A stretch of 64,000 bases of DNA from a virus. Below, piece by piece: positions 9,276 to 18,530 of the stretch. The notes under the pieces were generated by a model. The model was given only the letters and a program-made list of their open reading frames with translations, was not told the DNA's origin and ran no database searches. The position numbers and the translations under genes are program-made. The stretch is taken from IMG/VR virus record IMGVR_UViG_3300049216_000067; one strand, given 5' to 3'. Positions within the stretch are counted from its first letter, which is position 1. Every line of letters begins with the position of its first letter.

Positions 9276-10628
9276 TTATTTCAAATTAATAACAATGAAC
9301 TTCCTGTAGTAGCAGTTGGTGTTAGCTGTGATAGCACCAAGTTGCTGGTTAGTTCCACCTGCGTATGGGTTTGCAACCAAACCGTAACGAGTCTTGAAGC
9401 CGATCTTTGGCTGGAAGGTGTTAGGGTCGATAGCACGAACCATCTGAAGAGGAACGTAAGGGCAATAGAACAATCCTGCGTCGTATGCAGTTTGACCCTT
9501 GTAACCAACGGTTACGTAGTCAGCACCAGATACAGAGTAAGGATCGGCATAAACTTTCATACGACCGAACAAGGTACCGCAGAAAGTGTTGCCACTGTCG
9601 TCTACGTTCAAGTTGGTGTTGTTGGTCAATGCAGACTGGTAATCAAGCAAACCACTCATTGCCAACGCAGATGCGATGTCAGTAGAGCAGATAAGCATGT
9701 TACCCTTACCACGCCTAGTGTCCTTACCAATCTTGTTTGCTTCACGCTCAATTTGCATGATCAAAGACTTGTAAGTTTCAACCTGCCAACGGCCTGCGGT
9801 GTCACCACCAGTCAATGCAAGGTTGTAGATACCAGCGACGTTAGAACCGAACTGCGCACCAACGTTAGCTGTTGCGTAGATTGTACGGATAACTTCACGG
9901 TTGATTTCGGCCAAAATTTCGGTTGAAAGAATGTTGCTCAACTCGGTTTCTGCGTCAAGACCGTGAATTGCCTTCAAGTCTTGTGCAAGTTCCAAGGTGT
10001 AATCAGACTTCAAACCACGAGTGTTTGCAGTAACTGTAACCTTTTCGATGCTGAAACCCATGGTTCCCCATGCGTATGCACCGCCAAGATCTTCACCAAC
10101 ACCTGTTGGGAAACCGTAACCAGTGTTAGCCAAGCCAAAGCTTGAGTTTGCTGGGTTGGTGTTCTGTGTACCGTCAAATGGACTGAAGGTACCGTTACCA
10201 GACACCTGGTTGTTTGCTTCGTTGTACAAAGCTTCAACACCGAAGGTGGTGTCGTTAGCAAGGGTGTACTTAGAACGCATTGCAAAGATCAAACCTGTTG
10301 GACCAGTCATTGGCTGAACACCGCATACGTCGTATGCGATCAAGTTAGGCAAAGACCTACGAACAAGAGAGATCAAGATTGGGTCGAAACCGGCTACTGG
10401 ACCAGCTGCTGCGGCAGAACCGCTGTAACCACCAGTACCTGCTGCCATTGCTGGAGCAGTTTCTGTCAAGAATCCGTTGTTAATACGTGCTTCTTCACGA
10501 GCAGCCTTTTCTTGGTTTTCAAGAATAACGGCAGTGACGGCACGACGGTACTTGTCACCAATTGGTGCAAGACCTGGGTGGTCCATAACTGGAGACCACT
10601 TCTTTTGTAGATTTTCTGAAAGATACAT
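9276..10628 (-). CDS. gp23: Major capsid protein
   Basis: LIAYDVCGVQPMTGPTGLIFAMR, ELAQDLKAIHGLDA and FQPKIGFKTRYG. Confidence 0.98.
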   Translation of the reverse strand: MYLSENLQKKWSPVMDHPGLAPIGDKYRRAVTAVILENQEKAAREEARINNGFLTETAPAMAAGTGGYSGSAAAAGPVAGFDPILISLVRRSLPNLIAYDVCGVQPMTGPTGLIFAMRSKYTLANDTTFGVEALYNEANNQVSGNGTFSPFDGTQNTNPANSSFGLANTGYGFPTGVGEDLGGAYAWGTMGFSIEKVTVTANTRGLKSDYTLELAQDLKAIHGLDAETELSNILSTEILAEINREVIRTIYATANVGAQFGSNVAGIYNLALTGGDTAGRWQVETYKSLIMQIEREANKIGKDTRRGKGNMLICSTDIASALAMSGLLDYQSALTNNTNLNVDDSGNTFCGTLFGRMKVYADPYSVSGADYVTVGYKGQTAYDAGLFYCPYVPLQMVRAIDPNTFQPKIGFKTRYGLVANPYAGGTNQQLGAITANTNCYYRKFIVINLK

Positions 10629-10649
10629 TTTTGTTTTCCTCTATCGCAA

Positions 10650-11864
10650 TTAAAGTTGAGTCCTAGAAATAGCATTTACATAAGCGTCCATAAGAGGGGA
10701 ATTTTCCGTCTCGTTCTGGGCAGGAACTTCACTTTCTGCTAGAGCAATAGAATTAACTGTTGCTGGTTGCTGATTGTCCTGCTTCACCTTGTTGAAATAG
10801 CTCTCACGAACTACGGTCAACTTTTTCTTGTAATCGTCTTCTGTGACGAACTCAACTCCCTCTGCGAGAGTCTTTACCTTGACTGCTTGTGTGGCGGTGA
10901 GACCTTCACAAACCTTAACAAGGATTTCTTCCTTCTTTGCTTCGTTGATCTTCTTTCCAAGATCAATTTGTGCATTGATGCTGTTATTTAGCTTTTCTGT
11001 AAGTTCTGCAATTTCTTGTGTCAAGCTTTCAACAACATCTACCTTCTCAGAAGGCAATTCGATGTAGTGATCTTCAAACAAATTCTTCAAACCGCTAAGA
11101 AAATCTTCAACGATTTCGGCTTTCAAACCAGACTCAATAGCAACTTGATTTTCTTCCTTCCATTCGTTGACCATAGCGTCTAAATATTCTTCGACCTGTT
11201 CTTCCATTTCAGCAGTGATTTCTTCAACAGATTCTTCTGCTGCTGCAATGATTTCGGCTTCAAGTTCTTCTGCAACCATAACGGCACGGGCAAGAACTGC
11301 GGCTTCAAAAATAGTGGTAAGCTTGGTCTTGAAAGATTCAGAGAATGTTTCGCCAGAAAGAATCGCATCGATATCTTCCTTAACGTCCTTTTCCTTCATC
11401 TTTTCTTTCATTCTGGCAACTTTTTCTGCCTTTGCTTCTGCAAGCTCTTCGTCAGTAAGTTCAAATTCTTCCTTAGTAGGATGCATGTATTCATGACCGG
11501 CAGTAGATACGCCTTCGCCATTGTTTTCATCTGGAGATGTATGTGCGCCAGCACCTTGAAGAGAAGCTTTTGCAGCTGCTTCACGACCACCACCGGCAAT
11601 CTTCAAATCGTGCATTGGCTCATTGCTATCTTGTGTAGCAGATTCGCCAGGAGGTGTTGCAACACCACGGTGTGCAGCGGTTACCTTACCAATCTCATTG
11701 CCCTGTGGGTCCTTATGAGTTGCACCACCAAGATCTACACGACCTTGTGCTTGTGGTTGCGGTCCACGTACCGTTTCAAGGTCTTGCATAGGCATTCTTG
11801 GAGAATCGGTACGAGACTTGTTTAGTACTTCTGCTGCTGCTTCGGTTAGTGACTTGTGAGACAT
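10650..11864 (-). CDS. gp22: Prohead core scaffold protein with a long N-terminal extension
   Basis: TIFEAAV, acidic coiled coil, EDFLSGLKNLFEDHYI, C-terminal MDAYV; TATAAATA at 11892-11899. Confidence 0.9.
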   Translation of the reverse strand: MSHKSLTEAAAEVLNKSRTDSPRMPMQDLETVRGPQPQAQGRVDLGGATHKDPQGNEIGKVTAAHRGVATPPGESATQDSNEPMHDLKIAGGGREAAAKASLQGAGAHTSPDENNGEGVSTAGHEYMHPTKEEFELTDEELAEAKAEKVARMKEKMKEKDVKEDIDAILSGETFSESFKTKLTTIFEAAVLARAVMVAEELEAEIIAAAEESVEEITAEMEEQVEEYLDAMVNEWKEENQVAIESGLKAEIVEDFLSGLKNLFEDHYIELPSEKVDVVESLTQEIAELTEKLNNSINAQIDLGKKINEAKKEEILVKVCEGLTATQAVKVKTLAEGVEFVTEDDYKKKLTVVRESYFNKVKQDNQQPATVNSIALAESEVPAQNETENSPLMDAYVNAISRTQL

Positions 11865-11921
11865 ATTTTAGAACTCCTTGGAATACGGGTTTATTTATAC
11901 TTTTGAATTTCAGGGGATTAT

Positions 11922-12374
11922 CTATTTCTTCATCCCAGCGGAAATCAATTCGCCGTGATTTGATGGTAGGCCACCATTAGCTATCGTCTTACCCTTTATC
12001 CAAGGGATTTGCTTGTTTCGCTTGTGCCAATTCTTAATCTTTTCTATAGCCTTTACGGACATTCTGGTTCCTGTTCTATCAGGAATCATGTTATCTTTGT
12101 TTGTTAATTCATAGTTTGGATACATCAATCTGAATCGTTCTATACAGAATTTCTCTAGTTTCAAAGCTTCTTCTGAAGACAACTCGGTGGCTACAAATTC
12201 GACTCGATGTTCAAGTTCCAAAGATCTAATAGTATTAATAATTCTACATTTATCCTTATTGTGCTTATCTCTTGTTCTGCCATGTACAAATGCTCTATCG
12301 CCAGTTCCTTTACCAAAGTAGAATGGGACATCATTGAATGGCTCGACTAGAGCGTATACATAACAATCATTCAT
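11922..12374 (-). mobile_element. GIY-YIG (LEM-3-like) homing endonuclease between gp21 and gp22
   Basis: YVYAL...PFYFGKGTGDR, EALKLEKFCI, LTN. Confidence 0.8.
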
Positions 12375-13021
12375 TAAAGCTTGCTCAAATAATTTTGCAT
12401 GATAGACAAAGCAACTTCTTCTAATTGATGTTGTTTAGCTTCTTTGATTGTCTTATTCATTTCAGCAATATCCGCCTCGACAATCACCCCATTAGCCCAT
12501 ATCCATTCGCGACCTTCCATCATGGCATTTACAAAAGCATCTGGAGCAGAAGGATCTGAAACAATATCACCGGCAGTAGCAAGGTGATAATCACTTTGGA
12601 CGATGTTCAAACCATTAGATTCTTTAAGAGATCCCATACCACGGGTTGAAGTACCAAATTGAACGTTGTCATCAATTAAATGTTTGACGCATTCACCCAT
12701 TGGGGTGCTAAGGATCTTAGAGCGACCGATCCAATTGTATTTGTCTTCTTTCAAAGAAAGGATTTTGTGGCTAGCACGATCATAATTAATAGTTGGGCTA
12801 GTTGGGTGACCTAATTCACCAACGGCACGGTTAGTGTCGATCATTTCTTTAATATAACGGTCAACTTCTGGCTTAAGGCTTTCGTACTTGTACATACGAT
12901 TGTTTCTATTGCGTACTTCAGATTGAATATAGATACCCTCAATAAAATACTGCTTAGGTTTACCGTCCTTACCTTCTTCGATAAGAACTCTTGAATCGAA
13001 TGCTTCTGTTAATAGTTTCAT
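12374..13021 (-). CDS. gp21: Prohead core protease
   Basis: NRNNRMY, AVGELGHP, STRGMGSL and DIVSDPSAPDA. Confidence 0.97.
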   Translation of the reverse strand: MKLLTEAFDSRVLIEEGKDGKPKQYFIEGIYIQSEVRNRNNRMYKYESLKPEVDRYIKEMIDTNRAVGELGHPTSPTINYDRASHKILSLKEDKYNWIGRSKILSTPMGECVKHLIDDNVQFGTSTRGMGSLKESNGLNIVQSDYHLATAGDIVSDPSAPDAFVNAMMEGREWIWANGVIVEADIAEMNKTIKEAKQHQLEEVALSIMQNYLSKL

Positions 13022-13023
13022 TT

Positions 13024-13287
13024 TTACAATCCCAAGCTATCCCTGCGTTTTAAACTTCTTAATCTTTTGATCAATGATCTAGCGGCTTTTGCCCTTCTCT
13101 TCAACTTACCTTTTCTTGCACCCATTCTTCTATGTAGTTTTTCTGCGGCAGACATACGTACCAACTTACCACCACGCAAAGCGTATCCTTTGACACCACT
13201 TCTCTTGATGTTTCGTTGTATCTTTCCACCACGAATACGCGATCTGATTCGCTTTATCCTGGCTCCTGCATGTGCCTTAAAACTCAT
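13024..13287 (-). CDS. Basic prohead core protein (gp68-like)
   Basis: Very Arg/Lys-rich (RIRGGKIQR, VRMSAAEK); directly upstream of gp21. Confidence 0.7.
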   Translation of the reverse strand: MSFKAHAGARIKRIRSRIRGGKIQRNIKRSGVKGYALRGGKLVRMSAAEKLHRRMGARKGKLKRRAKAARSLIKRLRSLKRRDSLGL

Positions 13288-13676
13288 TTCAAAACCTTTC
13301 GAACTATTCCAATAGTGCCTTTCTTGATACCTGAAGAAATGCCCCTGCTAATAAGGTTATAAACACCTTGTCCAGCTAGACTATTTTTCTTAGCAACCTT
13401 CTTTGGTTTAGCTATTTTGACTGGTTTTGGTTTCGGTAATTTAACTACACTAGCTTGTTTTTTAAGCTTAGTAGTTGCTTTCCTAACACCTGCCAATCTC
13501 TTCTTCAACTTACCTTTATGATAAGCATTAGCTTCAATATCTTTCTTCGGAACCTTTTCCTTAGCTGATGCATGATGAGCAATCTCTTTGCTAGACTTTT
13601 TGATGTAAGAAGCAAGTGTTGTTTTGCTTATTTCATCTAGCCTATCTTCTCTGAGATATGCCCTAAAAAGTTTCAT
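13284..13676 (-). CDS. Putative internal head protein
   Basis: Capsid-targeting-like N-terminus MKLFRAYLRE; LDEISKTTLASYIKK module. Confidence 0.65.
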   Translation of the reverse strand: MKLFRAYLREDRLDEISKTTLASYIKKSSKEIAHHASAKEKVPKKDIEANAYHKGKLKKRLAGVRKATTKLKKQASVVKLPKPKPVKIAKPKKVAKKNSLAGQGVYNLISRGISSGIKKGTIGIVRKVLK

Positions 13677-13678
13677 TG

Positions 13679-14176
13679 TTAAGCTGGCTGCTTAGCCAAT
13701 CCAAAGAAGTTATCGTTGTATTGTGCGTAAACATTTGCGTAACCACCACCAGCACCACCTTCTTTAATCAATGTAAGGATCAAAGAGAATGAGTCGAACG
13801 GTTCAGCGCCTTCGATAAACAAGTTGATATCACCACTGCCACCGGCAAGGTTTGCAGTGTTTGATGCAAGAGGGTTTGGCATGTAGGCAACAAATTGGCT
13901 AGATGTTTTACCACCCAAAATCAACATATCGTTGTTTGTTGCTGCTCCACCAGCTGCCCATTGAATAGAGCAATATCCGTTAGCAAAACCTGCTGCGTAC
14001 TGCACGGTTGTTGCTGAAAGAATGCAAGGCAAACTAGAGTTTGCATAGCTGAGTGTATTAGCTTGAACGATCTTGGTGTTACTGTTAGTTGCAGCGGTAA
14101 AATAACCGACAACCTTGACCACAGTCTTATCACCTGTATCAAACAAAATTTGAACTTCTGGTACGTTTGGTGCCAT
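13679..14176 (-). CDS. Putative virion structural protein
   Basis: Asn/Ala/Gly/Thr-rich, beta-type composition, located in the head module. Confidence 0.5.
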   Translation of the reverse strand: MAPNVPEVQILFDTGDKTVVKVVGYFTAATNSNTKIVQANTLSYANSSLPCILSATTVQYAAGFANGYCSIQWAAGGAATNNDMLILGGKTSSQFVAYMPNPLASNTANLAGGSGDINLFIEGAEPFDSFSLILTLIKEGGAGGGYANVYAQYNDNFFGLAKQPA

Positions 14177-14177
14177 G

Positions 14178-15389
14178 TTATTTTCCTACCTTCATATGTT
14201 TAGCGATGAATGCGCTAATCTTTTTGATTCCGCTAGCACCACTATTTATTAAGCTTTCTATCTTCTTCTTGTTCTGACGATTGACCTTACCGTGAAGGTG
14301 CATTACTTGATGCGCTGTTGGATGATCGATCATTGCTGTTGAACCATCTCTGAAACGAACAGTTGCAGGATGTTGTGTTTTCATAATAGTATGCAAAGAA
14401 TGAATTGTTGCTTCCATAATAGTATCGTTTTCAACTTCTTCTTTTTTTATTTTGTTGATAGCACGATAAAATCCAAAAGCTCTTTGTGTTTCTCTTCCTT
14501 TCCTATCTTTACCGTGTGCATCAAGGTTTTTGTGGATGTATGATTTGAGAGTTTTCTGTGAAAGTTCATTAACAATCTCTTCACCCAATGGGTTTAACGT
14601 CTTTCCGTGCTTTTTTATGTGACCAGCAAGAGCCTTTTTGGCCCAGTCTAGACGCTGTTTTGCTGTGTCAAAATTGTCTTCTTGACGAGAAAGATCACGC
14701 TTGAACATTGCACGTTCTTTGCGAATCTTTTTAAGTTCAGGTGACATGGCTTCATCAATACCGATTTGAGTTTCTTCAAATTTAGTATTAAGTTTGTGTA
14801 CCAATGTGGCTATTGCTTTACCTTTTTTATCACCATCATTTTTACCGTGAACGGTCCAAGCCGCATAGCTAGAATTAGCCTTATGCGCTTTTGGGTTTTC
14901 TTTTACGCGAAGATGTGAATACCTATGACCCAAACCTGCATTAATATCTCGTGAATCTTTCCCTAAATCCCTAATTTCATCTATAGTCATCATTGATTCT
15001 GCTGTCAATTCGTGACCCTTATAAACTCTCTTATTGCCTTTAACATCAGAGAATTCGACAAAATGCTTGTTTGGATCTTTAGAGAAATGTCCAGTGACGG
15101 CACCAACTTCACCATGATATTCATCATCTGGTTTGTTGATTCTTACTTTAGTAAATTTTGGATGAGTTTCTTCTGAAGTTGTTGCTATGTTTGTGTGCTT
15201 TTTACCCAACTGACCAGGTGTGTAAGGAATAGCTACATCGATCTTCAAATTGTCATTTGTATATTGAGCTATACTTTGACCACCAGGAAATGTACGAATA
15301 GCTTTACGACGCAACACTAGCATTACCGGTGGGTCGTTAAATGCTGTTGATTCGGTTATTTCCTTGAGTAGATCGCTGAATTTCTTCAT
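14178..15389 (-). CDS. Modular His/Lys-rich putative internal head protein
   Basis: MKKFSDLLKE N-terminus; VNELSQKTLKSY module; acidic [LIV]-x-E linkers. Confidence 0.65.
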   Translation of the reverse strand: MKKFSDLLKEITESTAFNDPPVMLVLRRKAIRTFPGGQSIAQYTNDNLKIDVAIPYTPGQLGKKHTNIATTSEETHPKFTKVRINKPDDEYHGEVGAVTGHFSKDPNKHFVEFSDVKGNKRVYKGHELTAESMMTIDEIRDLGKDSRDINAGLGHRYSHLRVKENPKAHKANSSYAAWTVHGKNDGDKKGKAIATLVHKLNTKFEETQIGIDEAMSPELKKIRKERAMFKRDLSRQEDNFDTAKQRLDWAKKALAGHIKKHGKTLNPLGEEIVNELSQKTLKSYIHKNLDAHGKDRKGRETQRAFGFYRAINKIKKEEVENDTIMEATIHSLHTIMKTQHPATVRFRDGSTAMIDHPTAHQVMHLHGKVNRQNKKKIESLINSGASGIKKISAFIAKHMKVGK

Positions 15390-15391
15390 GG

Positions 15392-17680
15392 TTACTCGTG
15401 AACTTCATCCCTGTGGTGTGCTTCCCAATGGGCAGCTGCCTGATGACGATCATGTGTGGTAAACATGTGATGCCATGCAGTGTGCTTATCGCCATGTTGT
15501 TTGTGATAAGATTGTGCAGCACGGTCAGCGTGATACTTCCAAAGTTTTTTTGCCTTTTCTGGATCGTAAGAACCTTTCTTGGCTTTCTTTTTCAAATTAG
15601 AAATAATTGGCTGATGAGAACTGTGGTGCAAATGAGCATCATAGTCGGCATGAAGCACAAGTTCATGTGCAGCATCTGACATTTCTTCGGTGATGGTTTC
15701 TTCTTTTGCTAATCTTTTATGATTTGTAGCTCTAAGAATTCCCCTATACCTTTTGCTAAATTTGTGCAAATGCTTGTTTGCTTCTTCACTTCCATGTTTA
15801 GATCTCATATGATCGACCTGACGATCTCCCATATCAGAAGCTGCATTACGAACGTAAGAAGCTAAAGTAGTTCTTGAAAGTTCATCGATAGTTTCAACAC
15901 CTTCACCAACGTGAATAGGCATTGTTGAATAAACACCATGTTCTTTCTTTACATCAAATAGACCATGTGTTTTGCCTGAGCTAGGATCTTTAGCATGAAG
16001 ATGTGCGTTGGCACCACGAAGAATTGTTTTAATTTTGTGACCACGAGATTGTGCGTGGTTAAGAAACTCATCTTGTGTGTGGAAAGCTTGATCGGCTTCG
16101 TAAATCAATTCAAAAAGACCTTCATCAATTTCTTCTTTTACAGACTTAGCGACACCATTGAAACGCTTTTCTTCTTTGCCGTTTAAAGGACCTGAACCAG
16201 ACTTCAATTGATTGAGTGCTTTTTCACGATAAGACTTAAGAACTTTCTTTGAAAGTTCGCTTAATGGTTGTACTTCTTCCTTGACATCATGTTCACCTTT
16301 TGAATGTATTCTTGTTTTCCAAGCATTGTTTGGATGATCGTCACGGCTAGGGTCTAATTTGTATTTCATAAGACCAGATGGTCCAATGTTGTTGCGAACC
16401 TGACGAAGAGCGGCAGTGTCATCACCATGAGTGTGACCCTTTTCCCAATCAGTGTTTAACTTGTTTTTCCAAGTGCGACCGTGCTTTGTTGCATAACGGT
16501 GTAATGCTGCATGATGTTCTGGACCAAGTTCTTCAGTAAAGTACTCAGTACCTTCGTTCTGCTTGTCGTATTTTTTCTTAAACTTAAAACGTGCGGCACG
16601 CTTGCCCTTACCGTGTTCCTTGTGGTTTGGCTCATGCTTCTCGGTTTCTTCAGCCTTCAAACCGACTTCATCGGCACGAATGTTCTTACGACCTTTGATA
16701 CGACGCAATGCTTTCTTCAAAGCTTCAACATAAGAAGATGTTTGGCTAGATGGGGCAGCTTGTGCTTTACGTTCAGCAGCAGCAATAGCCCTTTCAAGCT
16801 GTTCCTTACTGTCAGTGATCTTTTCGTTAACCGTTGTTTCTTCCTTAGTCAATTTCTTAGTAGCTGTTTCGATACCATTTTTACGCTTATCGGCCCACTT
16901 TGTTGATCTGTCATGAGCATAAATTGATTTAGCTTTTCCTTGTGCCCATCCAGCGCTATGAACTTCATTAGCGGACTTGTTGATGTAAGAACCGAGAGTC
17001 TTTTTGCTCAATTCGTTGATTGTGTCTTCTTTGATAGAATGCACTACGCCCTTTTGAAGTGTCGTGTTAAAACTTCCACGACTATGCTTTCCGTATGGTT
17101 TTTCACCTTTTACATGTGCAACATAATGATCTTTAAATATAGTGTCATTGTGAACAACATACCCATGACGCGCAGCGTCAGTTTTCCAAGCATCGAGATC
17201 AGTGTGACGCTTCGTATGGGTTAGAATCTCGTCAGATGATTCTTGTACGTTTTCTTTCACAGCATGTCTTTTTACTTCATGTTCTGCGGTGTTCTTAGCA
17301 TCTTCTTTATCGTTACCGTGATAAGAAACTGGGCCTTCACCCATGTGCTTACCGTGTGCGTAGTGGTGAACAGAGTATTCTTCGTAATCTTTGTTGTAAC
17401 GAACTTCCGCATGGTGCGCAGAACCAACAACTCCGTGCCTAGACACCATTCTGGTTCCAGTTACTGGAGATGCTTCATCAAGAACTTCTTCACCAACATG
17501 TCCAAAGTTTTGAGCAAAAATGGCCATTTTTTCAGCATGACCACCAGCAGCCTTACCCTTGGCAATATCTGCCGCAGTGATTGGTTCGTCAGGAGACTTA
17601 CCTAACCAAGCATGAAACCCGCCTTTCTTTACATGAATGGCTAGATTCTTTTCTTCTAAAAATTGTTTGAATGAACTCAT
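15392..17680 (-). CDS. 762-aa modular His/Lys-rich putative internal head polyprotein
   Basis: MSSFKQFLEE N-terminus; three ELS..(T/V)L.SY modules; about a dozen acidic linkers. Confidence 0.7.
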   Translation of the reverse strand: MSSFKQFLEEKNLAIHVKKGGFHAWLGKSPDEPITAADIAKGKAAGGHAEKMAIFAQNFGHVGEEVLDEASPVTGTRMVSRHGVVGSAHHAEVRYNKDYEEYSVHHYAHGKHMGEGPVSYHGNDKEDAKNTAEHEVKRHAVKENVQESSDEILTHTKRHTDLDAWKTDAARHGYVVHNDTIFKDHYVAHVKGEKPYGKHSRGSFNTTLQKGVVHSIKEDTINELSKKTLGSYINKSANEVHSAGWAQGKAKSIYAHDRSTKWADKRKNGIETATKKLTKEETTVNEKITDSKEQLERAIAAAERKAQAAPSSQTSSYVEALKKALRRIKGRKNIRADEVGLKAEETEKHEPNHKEHGKGKRAARFKFKKKYDKQNEGTEYFTEELGPEHHAALHRYATKHGRTWKNKLNTDWEKGHTHGDDTAALRQVRNNIGPSGLMKYKLDPSRDDHPNNAWKTRIHSKGEHDVKEEVQPLSELSKKVLKSYREKALNQLKSGSGPLNGKEEKRFNGVAKSVKEEIDEGLFELIYEADQAFHTQDEFLNHAQSRGHKIKTILRGANAHLHAKDPSSGKTHGLFDVKKEHGVYSTMPIHVGEGVETIDELSRTTLASYVRNAASDMGDRQVDHMRSKHGSEEANKHLHKFSKRYRGILRATNHKRLAKEETITEEMSDAAHELVLHADYDAHLHHSSHQPIISNLKKKAKKGSYDPEKAKKLWKYHADRAAQSYHKQHGDKHTAWHHMFTTHDRHQAAAHWEAHHRDEVHE

Positions 17681-17694
17681 TAAGGTTCTCCTAA

Positions 17695-18474
17695 TTAAGA
17701 AACCTGCTTAACGTGCTTAACGTCAACACCTTTGCTGCTGTGGTGAACAGAAAATTGATGCATTCCACCAGCACCGGCTACGTAATAATGATGCTCAGCC
17801 TTGTCAGGATGAATTCCACCATGGTCCTTATGAATGCTATAATGTGGGTGTTCATAGTGAGTAAACGTTCCACGGTGTGACACAGCAGGACAATGACCGG
17901 TTGCACAAGCGTGAACAGCATGGGACATGTGTTCAACTGTACCTGGAGAAATAATTTTTTCGTTTACTTCACCGTGGGGAATCACCTGTACAGATTCATC
18001 ATGTTGCTTCTTGTCGTACTTCTTCTTCATCATCATACGAAGAGCACGCTTTCCCTTGCCAGCAGACTTTTGTTCATGTGGTTCAGGCTTTGGTGCAGTT
18101 TCTTCGTTGGTCTTACCAGGCATCTTTGCGTCAAAGGTACTGTTGTCACCAGGAACACTCCTTCCACCTTTTTCATGTGGAGAAGGCTTTTTGGTTACAC
18201 CAGAAATGTGTGTACCACCTGGAGGCGCAATTCCTTCAGATGACTTGATATCGGTTGTATCAGGAAGACGGTCTTTACCAACCATGCCACCCTCGGCCTT
18301 AGTCTTAACACCACCAGCAGAGCTAGTAATGCCGTTTGGATTTTCAAGAAGAGTGCTTGCGATTTCAATCTTGGTCTCGGCCAATACTTGACCAACCTTG
18401 GCTTCTAGCCTTTCGGTTAAAGCTTTTTGAAAATTAACAGCATCTTTGTTGTGAGCAAGTTGTACTAGAGACAT
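17695..18474 (-). CDS. Prohead core protein (gp67-like N-terminus) with His-rich extension
   Basis: Directly after portal; helical F..AL.E.L..KV N-terminus; CTAAATA late promoter at 18512-18518. Confidence 0.6.
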   Translation of the reverse strand: MSLVQLAHNKDAVNFQKALTERLEAKVGQVLAETKIEIASTLLENPNGITSSAGGVKTKAEGGMVGKDRLPDTTDIKSSEGIAPPGGTHISGVTKKPSPHEKGGRSVPGDNSTFDAKMPGKTNEETAPKPEPHEQKSAGKGKRALRMMMKKKYDKKQHDESVQVIPHGEVNEKIISPGTVEHMSHAVHACATGHCPAVSHRGTFTHYEHPHYSIHKDHGGIHPDKAEHHYYVAGAGGMHQFSVHHSSKGVDVKHVKQVS

Positions 18475-18530
18475 GGTTGATTCCTCGATAAACGGGTTAT
18501 GTTCGACAATTTATTTAGCTAATTAAGGAC

